Shown: positions 36,908 through 44,707, counted from the stretch's first letter. The stretch: 51,206 nucleotides of DNA from a virus (IMGVR_UViG_3300036823_000047:1-51206), one strand, 5' to 3'. Notes: a model not told the origin generated them from the letters alone. Numbers and translations: made by a program.

Positions 36908-37016
36908 GCGGTTAGTTCGGTAGGTAGTTTAGACCAGTTAGTTGTTAGGTTAGACGCGAGTTCACCCATCAGTAAGACACTTGTGAGGGCTTAGTTAGAC
37001 GATCGGTTAGAAACTA
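36908..37016. repeat. GTTAG/CTAAC-rich non-coding tract with element-B copy
   Basis: AGGTTAGACGCGAG 36947-36960, GTTAGACGA 36994-37002, several further TTAG units. Confidence 0.7.
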
Positions 37017-37411
37017 ACGTTGGGAACTTCCGCTCCGGGCTTGACCTCCCTTGATACCTGCTCCTCGAGAGCGTCGAGAACCGCCCGTCGTCGAGTAGCC
37101 GACATTGCCGTCGGGGCGAACTGCCTCTCCCGCGTCTTGATGTCGAGCTTGTCCGGGATGGTGTTGTCCGCGCGGATCTGGACGATCCAGCCTTCGGTGT
37201 GAAACTCGCAGCGTGTCTGGAGGCATTCCAGACTCACCAGTTGTCCCTCACGACCCACCGTTCGACGACTCACGACCTTGCCTGTCGTTCCATCGTTCGG
37301 GCAGCTGGATGCTTCCTCCCACGATGTACTCACGACTGACTCCTCCGGAAGGCTGCGTACAGGATCGAGGCCAGGATCATCAGGATCACGATCTGCCAGA
37401 ACAAAGTCCAA
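37007..37411 (-). CDS. Hypothetical Zn-ribbon protein
   Basis: CP.D....C....C pattern. Confidence 0.55.
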   Translation of the reverse strand: MDFVLADRDPDDPGLDPVRSLPEESVVSTSWEEASSCPNDGTTGKVVSRRTVGREGQLVSLECLQTRCEFHTEGWIVQIRADNTIPDKLDIKTRERQFAPTAMSATRRRAVLDALEEQVSREVKPGAEVPNVSF

Positions 37412-37416
37412 GGCAT

Positions 37417-37917
37417 CTACTGCTCCTTCGACAACTGGATGTGATCCACGACCTTTTCCTGTAGCTCCTGGAGTCCCTTGCCGAGGTTCTCGATCGCCTC
37501 GCCGTACTGGTTGACCATGTGCACGAGGTCCTTGACCCGCTGCTCCAGGATCGCCGACTGTCCCTTCGTGGCTCGCCGACGCTCCATGATAGCCTTGAAG
37601 CCATCCTCGGTCGGCTCACAGTGAAGGATCCACTTCGACAGACCCACACCACCACCGCGACGAAGCTGCTCGATGCAGTTCTGTCCGACGAGGGCGTTTC
37701 GGATCTTCGTGTAGTACGGATTGGCGATCTCGAGCTCGGCGAAGAGCCGAGTCAGGTGGCCCTCGTAGATGTTGACCTCTACGTTGAACTCCTGCACGCC
37801 GTCCTCGACGTCACCGTTGTTCAGCGTCTCCTTGTGCGACCTCTTCAGCATCTCCTCGTACACACGCTTGGCGTGGTCGAAGAGAGCTGGAGTCACCTCT
37901 TCTGTAGTGCTACTCAC
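37417..37917 (-). CDS. Hypothetical winged-helix/coiled-coil protein
   Basis: IEQLRRGGG..LSKW; C-terminal coiled coil. Confidence 0.6.
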   Translation of the reverse strand: MSSTTEEVTPALFDHAKRVYEEMLKRSHKETLNNGDVEDGVQEFNVEVNIYEGHLTRLFAELEIANPYYTKIRNALVGQNCIEQLRRGGGVGLSKWILHCEPTEDGFKAIMERRRATKGQSAILEQRVKDLVHMVNQYGEAIENLGKGLQELQEKVVDHIQLSKEQ

Positions 37918-38107
37918 AGTCCCGCTCCAGATACTCTTTGAGGCCTACCATGGCCTTCTTGTCTGCTTCGAGCTCTGCATGGCCCTTGAGTAGCATCTCT
38001 GCATCGTCGTAGTTGACGACGCCAGTGTGCTCTTCCATGGTCTCATCCAAAGCTTCGATGACATCCGAGATGATGCGCACGCACCTCGGCTTATCGAACT
38101 CTGTCAC
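37910..38107 (-). CDS. Hypothetical protein
   Basis: Coupled ORF in operon. Confidence 0.55.
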   Translation of the reverse strand: MTEFDKPRCVRIISDVIEALDETMEEHTGVVNYDDAEMLLKGHAELEADKKAMVGLKEYLERDCE

Positions 38108-38221
38108 TATGATACCCTAGTCTCACATAGCATGGCAGTGTTAAACCTACAACGCCTTTTGGAAAGGCCCGCCAATGAACGGGGGTACATTGACGGGCCC
38201 ATCTTCCCTGCTGGGGGAAGC

Positions 38222-38779
38222 TTACTCCGCCTCGACGACCTCGGCGACCGGCTGAACGGTCTCGGTGGTCGACGCCGGCGCGTCCTTCTTGGCGGCCTTC
38301 TCGGCAGCCTTGTTGGCGGCGGCAGTCTTCTGCGCGGCGACCCGAGCGTCCTTGGCGTCCCACCACGCGAGCGCGGCCTGCGGGTCGACGACCGCAGCGC
38401 GGCCCTCGGCCTTCTCCGCCGGGAACGGGTTCTTACTCTCCGGGCCGTTGTTCTTGATGTACGAGTACACGACCTGCGGAGCGACGGTGATCTCGGCCGC
38501 CTCGGAGTTGGTCTCGCGGGCCTTGGCGGTGAGGTGCTCCGAGAGCACCTTCGCGAAGGCGACCGGGCTGACCTTGCCCTCGGGAACCGGCGGACGCGTC
38601 GACTCCTTCTTCTCCTTGGCCGGCGTCTCGTCGGTGGTCGCGGCCTGGCCGACGGTGTCCTCGCTGGTGACCTCGGGCGCAACGATCGGGGCGTCCACGT
38701 CGACGTCGCCGAAGTCAGGGGTGGTGGTTTCGGTGCTCACAGTGGTACTCTCTTTCGCTTGGGCGGTCTTTCTGGGCAT
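38222..38779 (-). CDS. DNA-binding protein, PQxxY family, with Ala/Lys-rich tail
   Basis: VSPVAFAK...VAPQVVYSYIKNN; AAEKAAKK tail; very high GC3; own promoter. Confidence 0.65.
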   Translation of the reverse strand: MPRKTAQAKESTTVSTETTTPDFGDVDVDAPIVAPEVTSEDTVGQAATTDETPAKEKKESTRPPVPEGKVSPVAFAKVLSEHLTAKARETNSEAAEITVAPQVVYSYIKNNGPESKNPFPAEKAEGRAAVVDPQAALAWWDAKDARVAAQKTAAANKAAEKAAKKDAPASTTETVQPVAEVVEAE

Positions 38780-38784
38780 GATTA

Positions 38785-38813
38785 ATTTTACATCCTTTCC
38801 TTGTCTAAGGCAA
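38785..38813 (-). promoter_or_regulatory. Sigma70-type promoter (possibly near-leaderless)
   Basis: TTGCCT-N17-TAAAAT, 5 nt before ATG 38779. Confidence 0.6.
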
Positions 38814-38842
38814 GAGGTTCATCGCATGATCTTCTAGGAATT

Positions 38843-39349
38843 TTACCGTGCGTTGTTAAGGCACGCCCAGAAGCGTCGGAGCGCTGTCGAAACCCCTCGC
38901 TCGTATTGCGTACGTTGGAAGCGCTTGTGGATGTTCTCGTACAGCTGTTCGAACATCTTCGGGTCGCTCTTGTGCAGCTTCTTGAGGTCTTGTGTCACAG
39001 CTGCCCAAGTCCACTTGTAGCCGACGCTGCAGACGCCCGAGTGTGTCCAGGTGTCCTTGTGTACGTTCTTGTCTCGCCACTCCACTACAGTGGCAAGCAG
39101 GTCCTTGTTCTCAGGCACTGTCTTCATGTTCATCTTGTACGACTGAACGACAGCCTTCATGGAAGTGTTGACCCTGAAGCAGCGAACCTCTCGGTCGATC
39201 GGGTTCTCACTGTTGTCCAGGTACTTGGTCAGCTTCTTCAGGTTCGACTCAACGCCAACATCCGTTGACCATCCACCGAACTCCTCGATGCTAGCCAGGC
39301 AGCTGAGTCGAAGTACCTGCCATTCCACGTTGTACAGAACCTCGAACAT
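38843..39349 (-). CDS. Hypothetical protein
   Basis: GGAGG RBS; own promoter. Confidence 0.7.
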   Translation of the reverse strand: MFEVLYNVEWQVLRLSCLASIEEFGGWSTDVGVESNLKKLTKYLDNSENPIDREVRCFRVNTSMKAVVQSYKMNMKTVPENKDLLATVVEWRDKNVHKDTWTHSGVCSVGYKWTWAAVTQDLKKLHKSDPKMFEQLYENIHKRFQRTQYERGVSTALRRFWACLNNAR

Positions 39350-39371
39350 TCAATTCACCTCCTCTCATTAA

Positions 39372-39402
39372 ATTATAGCAGAGGTCATGCGGTGCTTTGC
39401 AA
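39372..39402 (-). promoter_or_regulatory. Extended -10 promoter
   Basis: TTGCAA-N19-TATAAT with TGn. Confidence 0.6.
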
Positions 39403-39412
39403 GGGATCTTTT

Positions 39413-39580
39413 TCAGGCGAAGCTGTAGTGCGAACTCCGCGTACCCTTGCCCGGCTGTGCACGCCAGTAGGCACGACGGTTGATCTCGGTCGTGGCCTCG
39501 TTGCGAAGCTCGGCAGCGATACGCTTCTGCTCACGCACCTTCTTCATGTAACCCTTGTAGCACTTACCGTTGAACCGCAT
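39413..39580 (-). CDS. 55-aa basic hypothetical protein (not in ORF track)
   Basis: GAGG RBS; MRFNGKCYKGYMKKVREQKR... Confidence 0.6.
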   Translation of the reverse strand: MRFNGKCYKGYMKKVREQKRIAAELRNEATTEINRRAYWRAQPGKGTRSSHYSFA

Positions 39581-39606
39581 CTTTCCTCCTTGGAAGTGTA
39601 ACGAAT

Positions 39607-39686
39607 GGCCCGTGTGGAGATGTGTGGTTTACAACAGACCTTGTTTAACTAGCGCCTGCCTTCGTCCCAACCCCTCCACACGGGCC
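39607..39686. repeat. Full symmetric element A: CGTGTGGAG-N23-GTTTAAC-N24-CTCCACACG
   Basis: 13-bp inverted arms 39607-39619 and 39674-39686; core 39643-39649. Confidence 0.9.
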
Positions 39687-39720
39687 TTGTTGTCCGGTTG
39701 TGCTGTTGTCCTGGTGGATA

Positions 39721-40515
39721 CTACGCCTGGAAGCGAGTGCGACGACGCTTGACCGAGAGGCCGATGAGGATGCCTCCGAGGACCACAACGCCCCCGCCGA
39801 TGCCGGCGAAGATGGTCGACTTGCTTCCGGTGATCGCGAGTGCTCCACCGTTACTGTCGCTACCCCCTCCGACCACCGCGTGAGAAGAGCTCTTCGAGCT
39901 GGACGGCTTCGCCGAAGTACTCGGCTTCGGGCTCGCGGAGCTCGTCGACGGCGAAGGGCTCGGCTTGCAGGTGAGGTCGAACGAGTTGCCGTCGAAGTCG
40001 ACCTCGGTGACAGTCGTCTTGACCGTGCCGGGAGGGTTCGCCGTGTAGCCGACGCCGAACGAGAAGACGAGGTGTCCCTTGCTGAAGTGGTCCACGACCT
40101 TGGTCGGATCCGCGTCGTCGAAGAACTGACCGCCGGTCGACATCTCCCACTTGTCGGTCTTCGTGTTCCAGCGGAGCGTGCCGTAGCCCTTGTTGTCCTC
40201 GTTGATGACCTCGACCGAGAAGAACGAGTCCTGGTCGGGCGCCGGTGAGGCCTTGAACGTGCCGGGCTTGAGGTGCTCGACGTCCGTCTCGGCTTCGAAG
40301 TGCATGAGCTGGTTGCCCTCGAAGACGAAGCCGTCCTTGGTGGACGTGGACATGCGATCCTTCTCGTCACTGTTGACGTACCAGCCAGCAGTGTACGGCA
40401 GGGTGCACGCAGTCGGGATCGCAGTGCCGCCGTCGGGCACGTCCGCGAAGGCCGGGATAGGTGCGAACAAGGCCGCGATGGCCACGCTCGCACCCAGTGC
40501 CAGGGTTTTCTTCAC
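39721..40515 (-). CDS. Sortase-anchored cell-surface protein (LAITG)
   Basis: Signal peptide ending PAFA; Pro/Ser stalk; LAITG, hydrophobic helix, KRRRTRFQA tail. Confidence 0.85.
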   Translation of the reverse strand: MKKTLALGASVAIAALFAPIPAFADVPDGGTAIPTACTLPYTAGWYVNSDEKDRMSTSTKDGFVFEGNQLMHFEAETDVEHLKPGTFKASPAPDQDSFFSVEVINEDNKGYGTLRWNTKTDKWEMSTGGQFFDDADPTKVVDHFSKGHLVFSFGVGYTANPPGTVKTTVTEVDFDGNSFDLTCKPSPSPSTSSASPKPSTSAKPSSSKSSSHAVVGGGSDSNGGALAITGSKSTIFAGIGGGVVVLGGILIGLSVKRRRTRFQA

Positions 40516-40556
40516 TTGGGCGGATCCTTTCTAATGGTACGGTATGTCCGTACTCG

Positions 40557-40633
40557 TGCGCCTGAGTGGACTCGAACCACTGCTTCCCCTTGCCCCAGAC
40601 TGTAGGGCGGCTTCCTGACGGAAGCTCAGGCGA
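40557..40633 (-). ncRNA. tRNA-like cloverleaf 1 (non-canonical)
   Basis: CGCCUG/CAGGCG acceptor, CUUCC/GGAAG arm, GCCCU-ACAGUCU-GGGGC arm, AGUGG-UUCGAGU-CCACU T arm. Confidence 0.7.
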
Positions 40634-40823
40634 CCCCTCTATCCCATGAACGCGTAGGGTCGTTCGAATAGAGGCACTTATCCCTTACCTGTTCGGCCGA
40701 CCGGAGCCTCCGCCATTTGCATTGCGGTCAGGTGGGGGATCGAAGATCTGGTCTCCGTACTCTTCCAGGAGACGTGCGTTCTGTTCCGATCGAGTGGTCA
40801 TGCTGTAGAGGCCGTCGTCGTCC

Positions 40824-41009
40824 TTACGTACGACGAGTGACGTGGAGTTCGATGTCGTCTCCATCCGCTTCCACCTCGAAGTTGTATGCGGAGTTCGGGA
40901 GGAGCTGCCGATCGGTGTAGACGACGACCTCACGGTCGTGGTCGATGTTGATGGACTCGATCTCACCGTCACTCAGACCGACTTCCTTGAGCAGGTCGTA
41001 CAGCTTCAC
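40824..41009 (-). CDS. Acidic hypothetical protein
   Basis: GTGA coupling, high GC3. Confidence 0.6.
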   Translation of the reverse strand: MKLYDLLKEVGLSDGEIESINIDHDREVVVYTDRQLLPNSAYNFEVEADGDDIELHVTRRT

Positions 41010-41284
41010 GCTCGCCCCACTTCCTGAACCTCGAAGGTGACCTGGATGTCGACGAGGCCGCAGCCTTCACGGAACATCTCGTCCATGATCTCCGACAGCA
41101 TCCGAACGCCGACTCGTGCCGGAACGAGGTAGTACTGGCTGTAGTTGAAGCGGTTCGAGACACGCATCATCTCACGAACCGGGGGCGGAGGTGACTTGGC
41201 CTGGACGGAGATGTTGTAGGTGGCGTCCTCTTCCCACTTGTCCTCGGGAGCTACCGGAGGTGCCGAGATCGGCTGGTCCATCAC
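41006..41284 (-). CDS. Hypothetical protein
   Basis: GTGA coupling. Confidence 0.6.
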   Translation of the reverse strand: MMDQPISAPPVAPEDKWEEDATYNISVQAKSPPPPVREMMRVSNRFNYSQYYLVPARVGVRMLSEIMDEMFREGCGLVDIQVTFEVQEVGRA

Positions 41285-41631
41285 ACCTGCCTTTCGTTTT
41301 CGATGTGGTCACGCAGAGTCGTTTGGGTTCTACAGACGTTGATCGTCCAGAGGTTGTCCAGGCCGACCATGTCGAGCAGTGCTCGCCAGGTCATGCCCGA
41401 GTTCTTTACGTCCGGCTGGTGTCCGGTCACATACCAGCCCGCGATGGTCCTGATCGCAGCGTACAGGTGGACCTTCTCTTCGTTCGGGTACGTCTTGTTG
41501 AACACGATAACAGTGCCGACGGTCAGCAGCGTGTCATCTTGCGGGATGTGGCTGACTGCTTTGGCGTACCGCTCGTACAAGGAAGCCTGCTCCAAGTACC
41601 AGCTCGGCTCCAACGATTCGATTCGTGACAT
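41281..41631 (-). CDS. Hypothetical protein
   Basis: GGAGG RBS; YAAIR..AGWYVTG....MTW..L motif seen in actinophage early proteins. Confidence 0.7.
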   Translation of the reverse strand: MSRIESLEPSWYLEQASLYERYAKAVSHIPQDDTLLTVGTVIVFNKTYPNEEKVHLYAAIRTIAGWYVTGHQPDVKNSGMTWRALLDMVGLDNLWTINVCRTQTTLRDHIENERQV

Positions 41632-41651
41632 GTTTCCTCCCTAGATTGTCA

Positions 41652-41712
41652 CGTACCGTAAGAGGACTTGAACCTCTTGGCTGCCAAGGGCTGCGACCCT
41701 CTCAGCTACGGC
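41652..41712 (-). ncRNA. tRNA-like fold 2 (acceptor + T arm + single hairpin)
   Basis: GCCGUA/UACGGU stem, AGAGG-UUCAAGU-CCUCU T arm, GCUG/CAGC enclosing AGGG/CCCU. Confidence 0.65.
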
Positions 41713-41842
41713 GGTACCACATAAAATGCCCTCATGGCAGTCGAAGAACTTTGGACGTTAGACCATGACTCTGCCCTCCAATTGTACGGCCTCGATGCTT
41801 GCGTGGGTGCCATTAGCTGTTTATCCCTCTCACATCGAGTCG

Positions 41843-41916
41843 GGCCCCTGGGAGGCATCGAACCTCCACTAACCGCCGCTTGAAGTTCCCGGCGCGTACG
41901 TATCCCATGCAGGGGC
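41843..41916 (-). ncRNA. tRNA-like cloverleaf 3 (11-nt anticodon-position loop)
   Basis: Perfect 7-bp GCCCCUG/CAGGGGC, GGAGG-UUCGAUG-CCUCC T arm, CGCCG/CGGCG arm. Confidence 0.72.
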
Positions 41917-41922
41917 GTCTTG

Positions 41923-42111
41923 CTACGGCTTGACCTGCTTCGTCATCGGCTTCCACTTGCCGTTGTCGTCACAGATGTCCGTGTGTCCCTTGCTACCGCG
42001 GGTGTCGCCCGGGTTGCAGTGCTTCCCCTTGCTGGTATCCTGACAGCCACTCGCGCCCGACAGGAATCCGATCGTGATCACGGCTGCTGCCGCTACGATG
42101 ATCCGCTTCAC
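41923..42111 (-). CDS. Small putative lipoprotein
   Basis: MKR-hydrophobic-ASGC lipobox-like; two further Cys. Confidence 0.65.
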   Translation of the reverse strand: MKRIIVAAAAVITIGFLSGASGCQDTSKGKHCNPGDTRGSKGHTDICDDNGKWKPMTKQVKP

Positions 42112-42308
42112 TTGGGGACCACGTTGTGCAGGTTCTCCTCGAGCGCCTCGACCGCGGACTCGATGGTCTCCTCACGGTCGTTCATCCCCTGGATCTCGTC
42201 GACGTACTTCTTGCCGACCTGGCACAGGAGGATGAACAGTGCTTCCGAGTGGGTCACCCCTTCGTTCTGGATGATCTCCTGGACGGCCTCTTCGATCTTG
42301 TCGGGCAT
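42108..42308 (-). CDS. Hypothetical protein
   Basis: AGGAG RBS; coupled. Confidence 0.65.
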   Translation of the reverse strand: MPDKIEEAVQEIIQNEGVTHSEALFILLCQVGKKYVDEIQGMNDREETIESAVEALEENLHNVVPK

Positions 42309-42310
42309 GT

Positions 42311-42547
42311 CTACTCCTTCGTGTTTTCCTGGAACACCCTACGCATCAGCTGTACCAGGAAGTGGTTGGGCTGTGCCTTGACGAGGTCGCGCATGGCAAC
42401 CTGTACCAGGATGCGGCGATGGTTGATGTACTCACCATCCGTCACCTTGCGAAAATTCCGACCAAGTGACGCCGCAAGAACCTTGTCCTCTTCGACCTTG
42501 CTGCGGATCTTGCGAACCTCTTGGGCCAGTTCGTCAACGTCTAGCAC
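42311..42547 (-). CDS. Hypothetical protein
   Basis: First gene after promoter; GGAG RBS. Confidence 0.6.
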   Translation of the reverse strand: MLDVDELAQEVRKIRSKVEEDKVLAASLGRNFRKVTDGEYINHRRILVQVAMRDLVKAQPNHFLVQLMRRVFQENTKE

Positions 42548-42580
42548 CCACCGCTCCCTTCTGGCTTTGCGCTTGACTTA

Positions 42581-42610
42581 ATAATACAGCGGTTCGCGAG
42601 CACCCTTCAA
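42581..42610 (-). promoter_or_regulatory. Early promoter
   Basis: TTGAAG-N18-TATTAT. Confidence 0.6.
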
Positions 42611-42638
42611 GAGGTGCAACTTCAAAATCTTTTTGTCC

Positions 42639-43226
42639 TTACAGGACCTTACAGTTCGGCCGGAAGAGATGCCGATGAGCGGTAGGGATAACGCCCTGCT
42701 GCCAGAGGTTCCGAGTGGTCAGGACGAACTGGCCCTCCTCCAGCCGTTCGATCTTCAGACCCTTGTTCTCCAGCACGTGGGCATCGAGCAGAGGAGTCAG
42801 CAACTGCACCCTGAACTGCCATCCACCGAAGCCATCGCCCGCACCGGGCTTGATGGAATCAGGACCGACGGTGTAGTGCGTGTAGCGCTCGGTGATGAGC
42901 GCGTTACCATTCCTGTCCTGCTCAACCATGTCCAGCCAGTAGTCGTCATCGCTGTCCACGTACGGGCCCTCGATGGTGACGTAGAGCTCGTTACGTGCGT
43001 TCAAGGCCGTGTGGAAGTGGTAGAGGTACTTCTCGGGCGTGTAGCCTTCACCCTTCGGTGGATCGATGTTCTCGACCCTACGATACCACCAGACGGGACA
43101 GAACCACGACTCTCCGCGACCTTCCCCTGCCTGGAAGCCTCGACCCTTACGAGCCAGTCGAAGGTGGTTGGTCTCTTCGAACTCCTCGATCGCCTGTGAC
43201 AGACGCACCCAGTGCGGATTCGTCAT
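42639..43226 (-). CDS. Hypothetical protein
   Basis: ATGA coupling at 43226; GFGG..F...TRNLW.QG.IP motif. Confidence 0.7.
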   Translation of the reverse strand: MTNPHWVRLSQAIEEFEETNHLRLARKGRGFQAGEGRGESWFCPVWWYRRVENIDPPKGEGYTPEKYLYHFHTALNARNELYVTIEGPYVDSDDDYWLDMVEQDRNGNALITERYTHYTVGPDSIKPGAGDGFGGWQFRVQLLTPLLDAHVLENKGLKIERLEEGQFVLTTRNLWQQGVIPTAHRHLFRPNCKVL

Positions 43227-43504
43227 CGCTGCAGCTCCGCGAAGTGGGCCAGGTGGTTCGACGCCTCGGCGTACACCTTCATGTAGATCACGTCCTGCGT
43301 CATCCAGAACAGCTTGACGCGCGTACTGTTCTCCATCTCCTCGTCGGCCAGGTCCTCCGCGGTGCATCCGCTAGAGTGCCGAGCGAGGATGTTTACCTCG
43401 TCGCGGATCTCCTGGAGGTCCTTGTAGGTTGCCTCCGCACCCTTCATCCCCAGCAGTGCGTTGTTGAGCTTCGTTCCCAGCTCCTGGAGTCGAGTCTCGT
43501 CCAT
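43223..43504 (-). CDS. Hypothetical protein directly downstream of hammerhead
   Basis: GGAGGAG RBS. Confidence 0.7.
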   Translation of the reverse strand: MDETRLQELGTKLNNALLGMKGAEATYKDLQEIRDEVNILARHSSGCTAEDLADEEMENSTRVKLFWMTQDVIYMKVYAEASNHLAHFAELQR

Positions 43505-43513
43505 TACTCCTCC

Positions 43514-43563
43514 GGTCTCATCAGGCCCAGCGTAACTGGACGACCCCCGAAGGGGTTTCGACC
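43514..43563 (-). ncRNA. Type II hammerhead ribozyme
   Basis: GGUC-GAAA-CCCC-UUCG-GGGG-UC-GUCCAG-UUACG-CUGGGC-CUGAUGA-GACC: complete core, three stems, GUC cleavage triplet. Confidence 0.93.
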
Positions 43564-43764
43564 TTACCTCTTGATCAGGTTACCCTTCCGGTAAGGGTGA
43601 CCTCCTTGCTTGCGGAAGACGGCGCCATTGGACTCGAGCAAGTGATGCATGCCCGAGTAGCTGTACCCGTACTTGTCTGCCAGGAACCGAATGCTGTCCC
43701 CCTTGAAGTACTGGGCCACGATAATCTCCTGGCCCTTCTTCGTGACCCTCGACACCGCACTCAC
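43564..43764 (-). CDS. Small HTH DNA-binding protein
   Basis: Y..GDSIRFLADKYGYSYSGMHHLL...G..FR. Confidence 0.75.
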   Translation of the reverse strand: MSAVSRVTKKGQEIIVAQYFKGDSIRFLADKYGYSYSGMHHLLESNGAVFRKQGGHPYRKGNLIKR

Positions 43765-44024
43765 CTGCAGAACACCCCCGGGTGACTACTTCCGTCGCAG
43801 TCGAACGGGCAGATCAGAGCAGCGAACGACTGGTCCCACGCCTCCTGGCACGTACCGCTCAGGAGGATCTCCTGCTCGTTACTGTCCAGGCCTGCAATGT
43901 CCTGAACGTAGCCCTGGCCCAAGAGCCAGTTGCCGTACGTAGCCTTTGCGACCTCGTTGTCGGGCAGATCGACCTCGTGTGCTACCCTGTGCATGTGACA
44001 TTCGTGGCGACTCTTGACCTTCAC
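43761..44024 (-). CDS. Hypothetical Cys/His-rich protein
   Basis: GTGA coupling; YVQD....L...EQEILLSGTC..AWD. Confidence 0.65.
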   Translation of the reverse strand: MKVKSRHECHMHRVAHEVDLPDNEVAKATYGNWLLGQGYVQDIAGLDSNEQEILLSGTCQEAWDQSFAALICPFDCDGSSHPGVFCR

Positions 44025-44326
44025 TTGCGCTCCTTGAAGTTCTCGCACTCGACGTAGTCGCAACCGTACTTGTCGGCCGGGTGGTCGCACTCCTCGTCGG
44101 TCACGACCATCAGGTCTTCGAACGGGCAGGCGCACTCCTTGTTGTGCAGACCGAACTTGATCACGTGGATCGACCGCTGGAAGGGGTTCTTGGTCAGGTA
44201 CTTCGCGACCGGGTGCTTCTTACACGTGAGCGTGTACATGCCCTCCTTGGGCCGCTGAACGTCTGTCTCTAGACGAGGACCGTCGTACTGGGCGAACTTG
44301 AACACTCGAACTGGAACGAAAGCCAC
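44021..44326 (-). CDS. Hypothetical Cys-rich protein
   Basis: GGAGG RBS; C..H....YLTKNP..R. Confidence 0.65.
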   Translation of the reverse strand: MAFVPVRVFKFAQYDGPRLETDVQRPKEGMYTLTCKKHPVAKYLTKNPFQRSIHVIKFGLHNKECACPFEDLMVVTDEECDHPADKYGCDYVECENFKERK

Positions 44327-44345
44327 GGTGGCCTCCTTTCTACGT

Positions 44346-44380
44346 ACCCGGATGCGCTACTCTGAAGCTGCCATCCGGGT
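44346..44380. other. Intergenic hairpin
   Basis: acccggatg...catccgggt 9-bp stem. Confidence 0.6.
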
Positions 44381-44386
44381 CAGGTC

Positions 44387-44707
44387 TTACAGGAACGCCT
44401 TGAAGCACTCGTCGAGCGTCCAGCCTTCGGCCTTCAGCTGGGTCGGCGTCACGGTGTTCTGGATCGTCTCACACTGGCCGACGTAGTCCGCGCCGTCCGG
44501 AAGTTGAAGCACCTGCTGCCGCAATGCAACTCCTCCGTGGTGGCTACAGGCGCCCTTGCCCGAGCTCGACGAGTGCGAACCGTCCTTGCACGTTGCTCCC
44601 GACGTATGGTTCGTCGTCGTCGTAGGAACCTTGCGGATCTCCCCGTGGTTGCATCCGCCCAGCAGACCCAATGCAACGATACCCACCAGCAGCTTACGCA
44701 CGAACAC
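44387..44707 (-). CDS. Putative lipoprotein with DUF3761-like motif
   Basis: LLGGC lipobox; ATCKDG..S....GACSHHGGV. Confidence 0.7.
   Translation of the reverse strand: MFVRKLLVGIVALGLLGGCNHGEIRKVPTTTTNHTSGATCKDGSHSSSSGKGACSHHGGVALRQQVLQLPDGADYVGQCETIQNTVTPTQLKAEGWTLDECFKAFL

Noticed and set aside
40557-41916. Canonical tRNA genes (e.g. Thr-AGT or a UCA suppressor)
   Set aside because: Anticodon and D arms are non-canonical (no U33, 11-nt loop or missing arm), so they are reported as tRNA-like only
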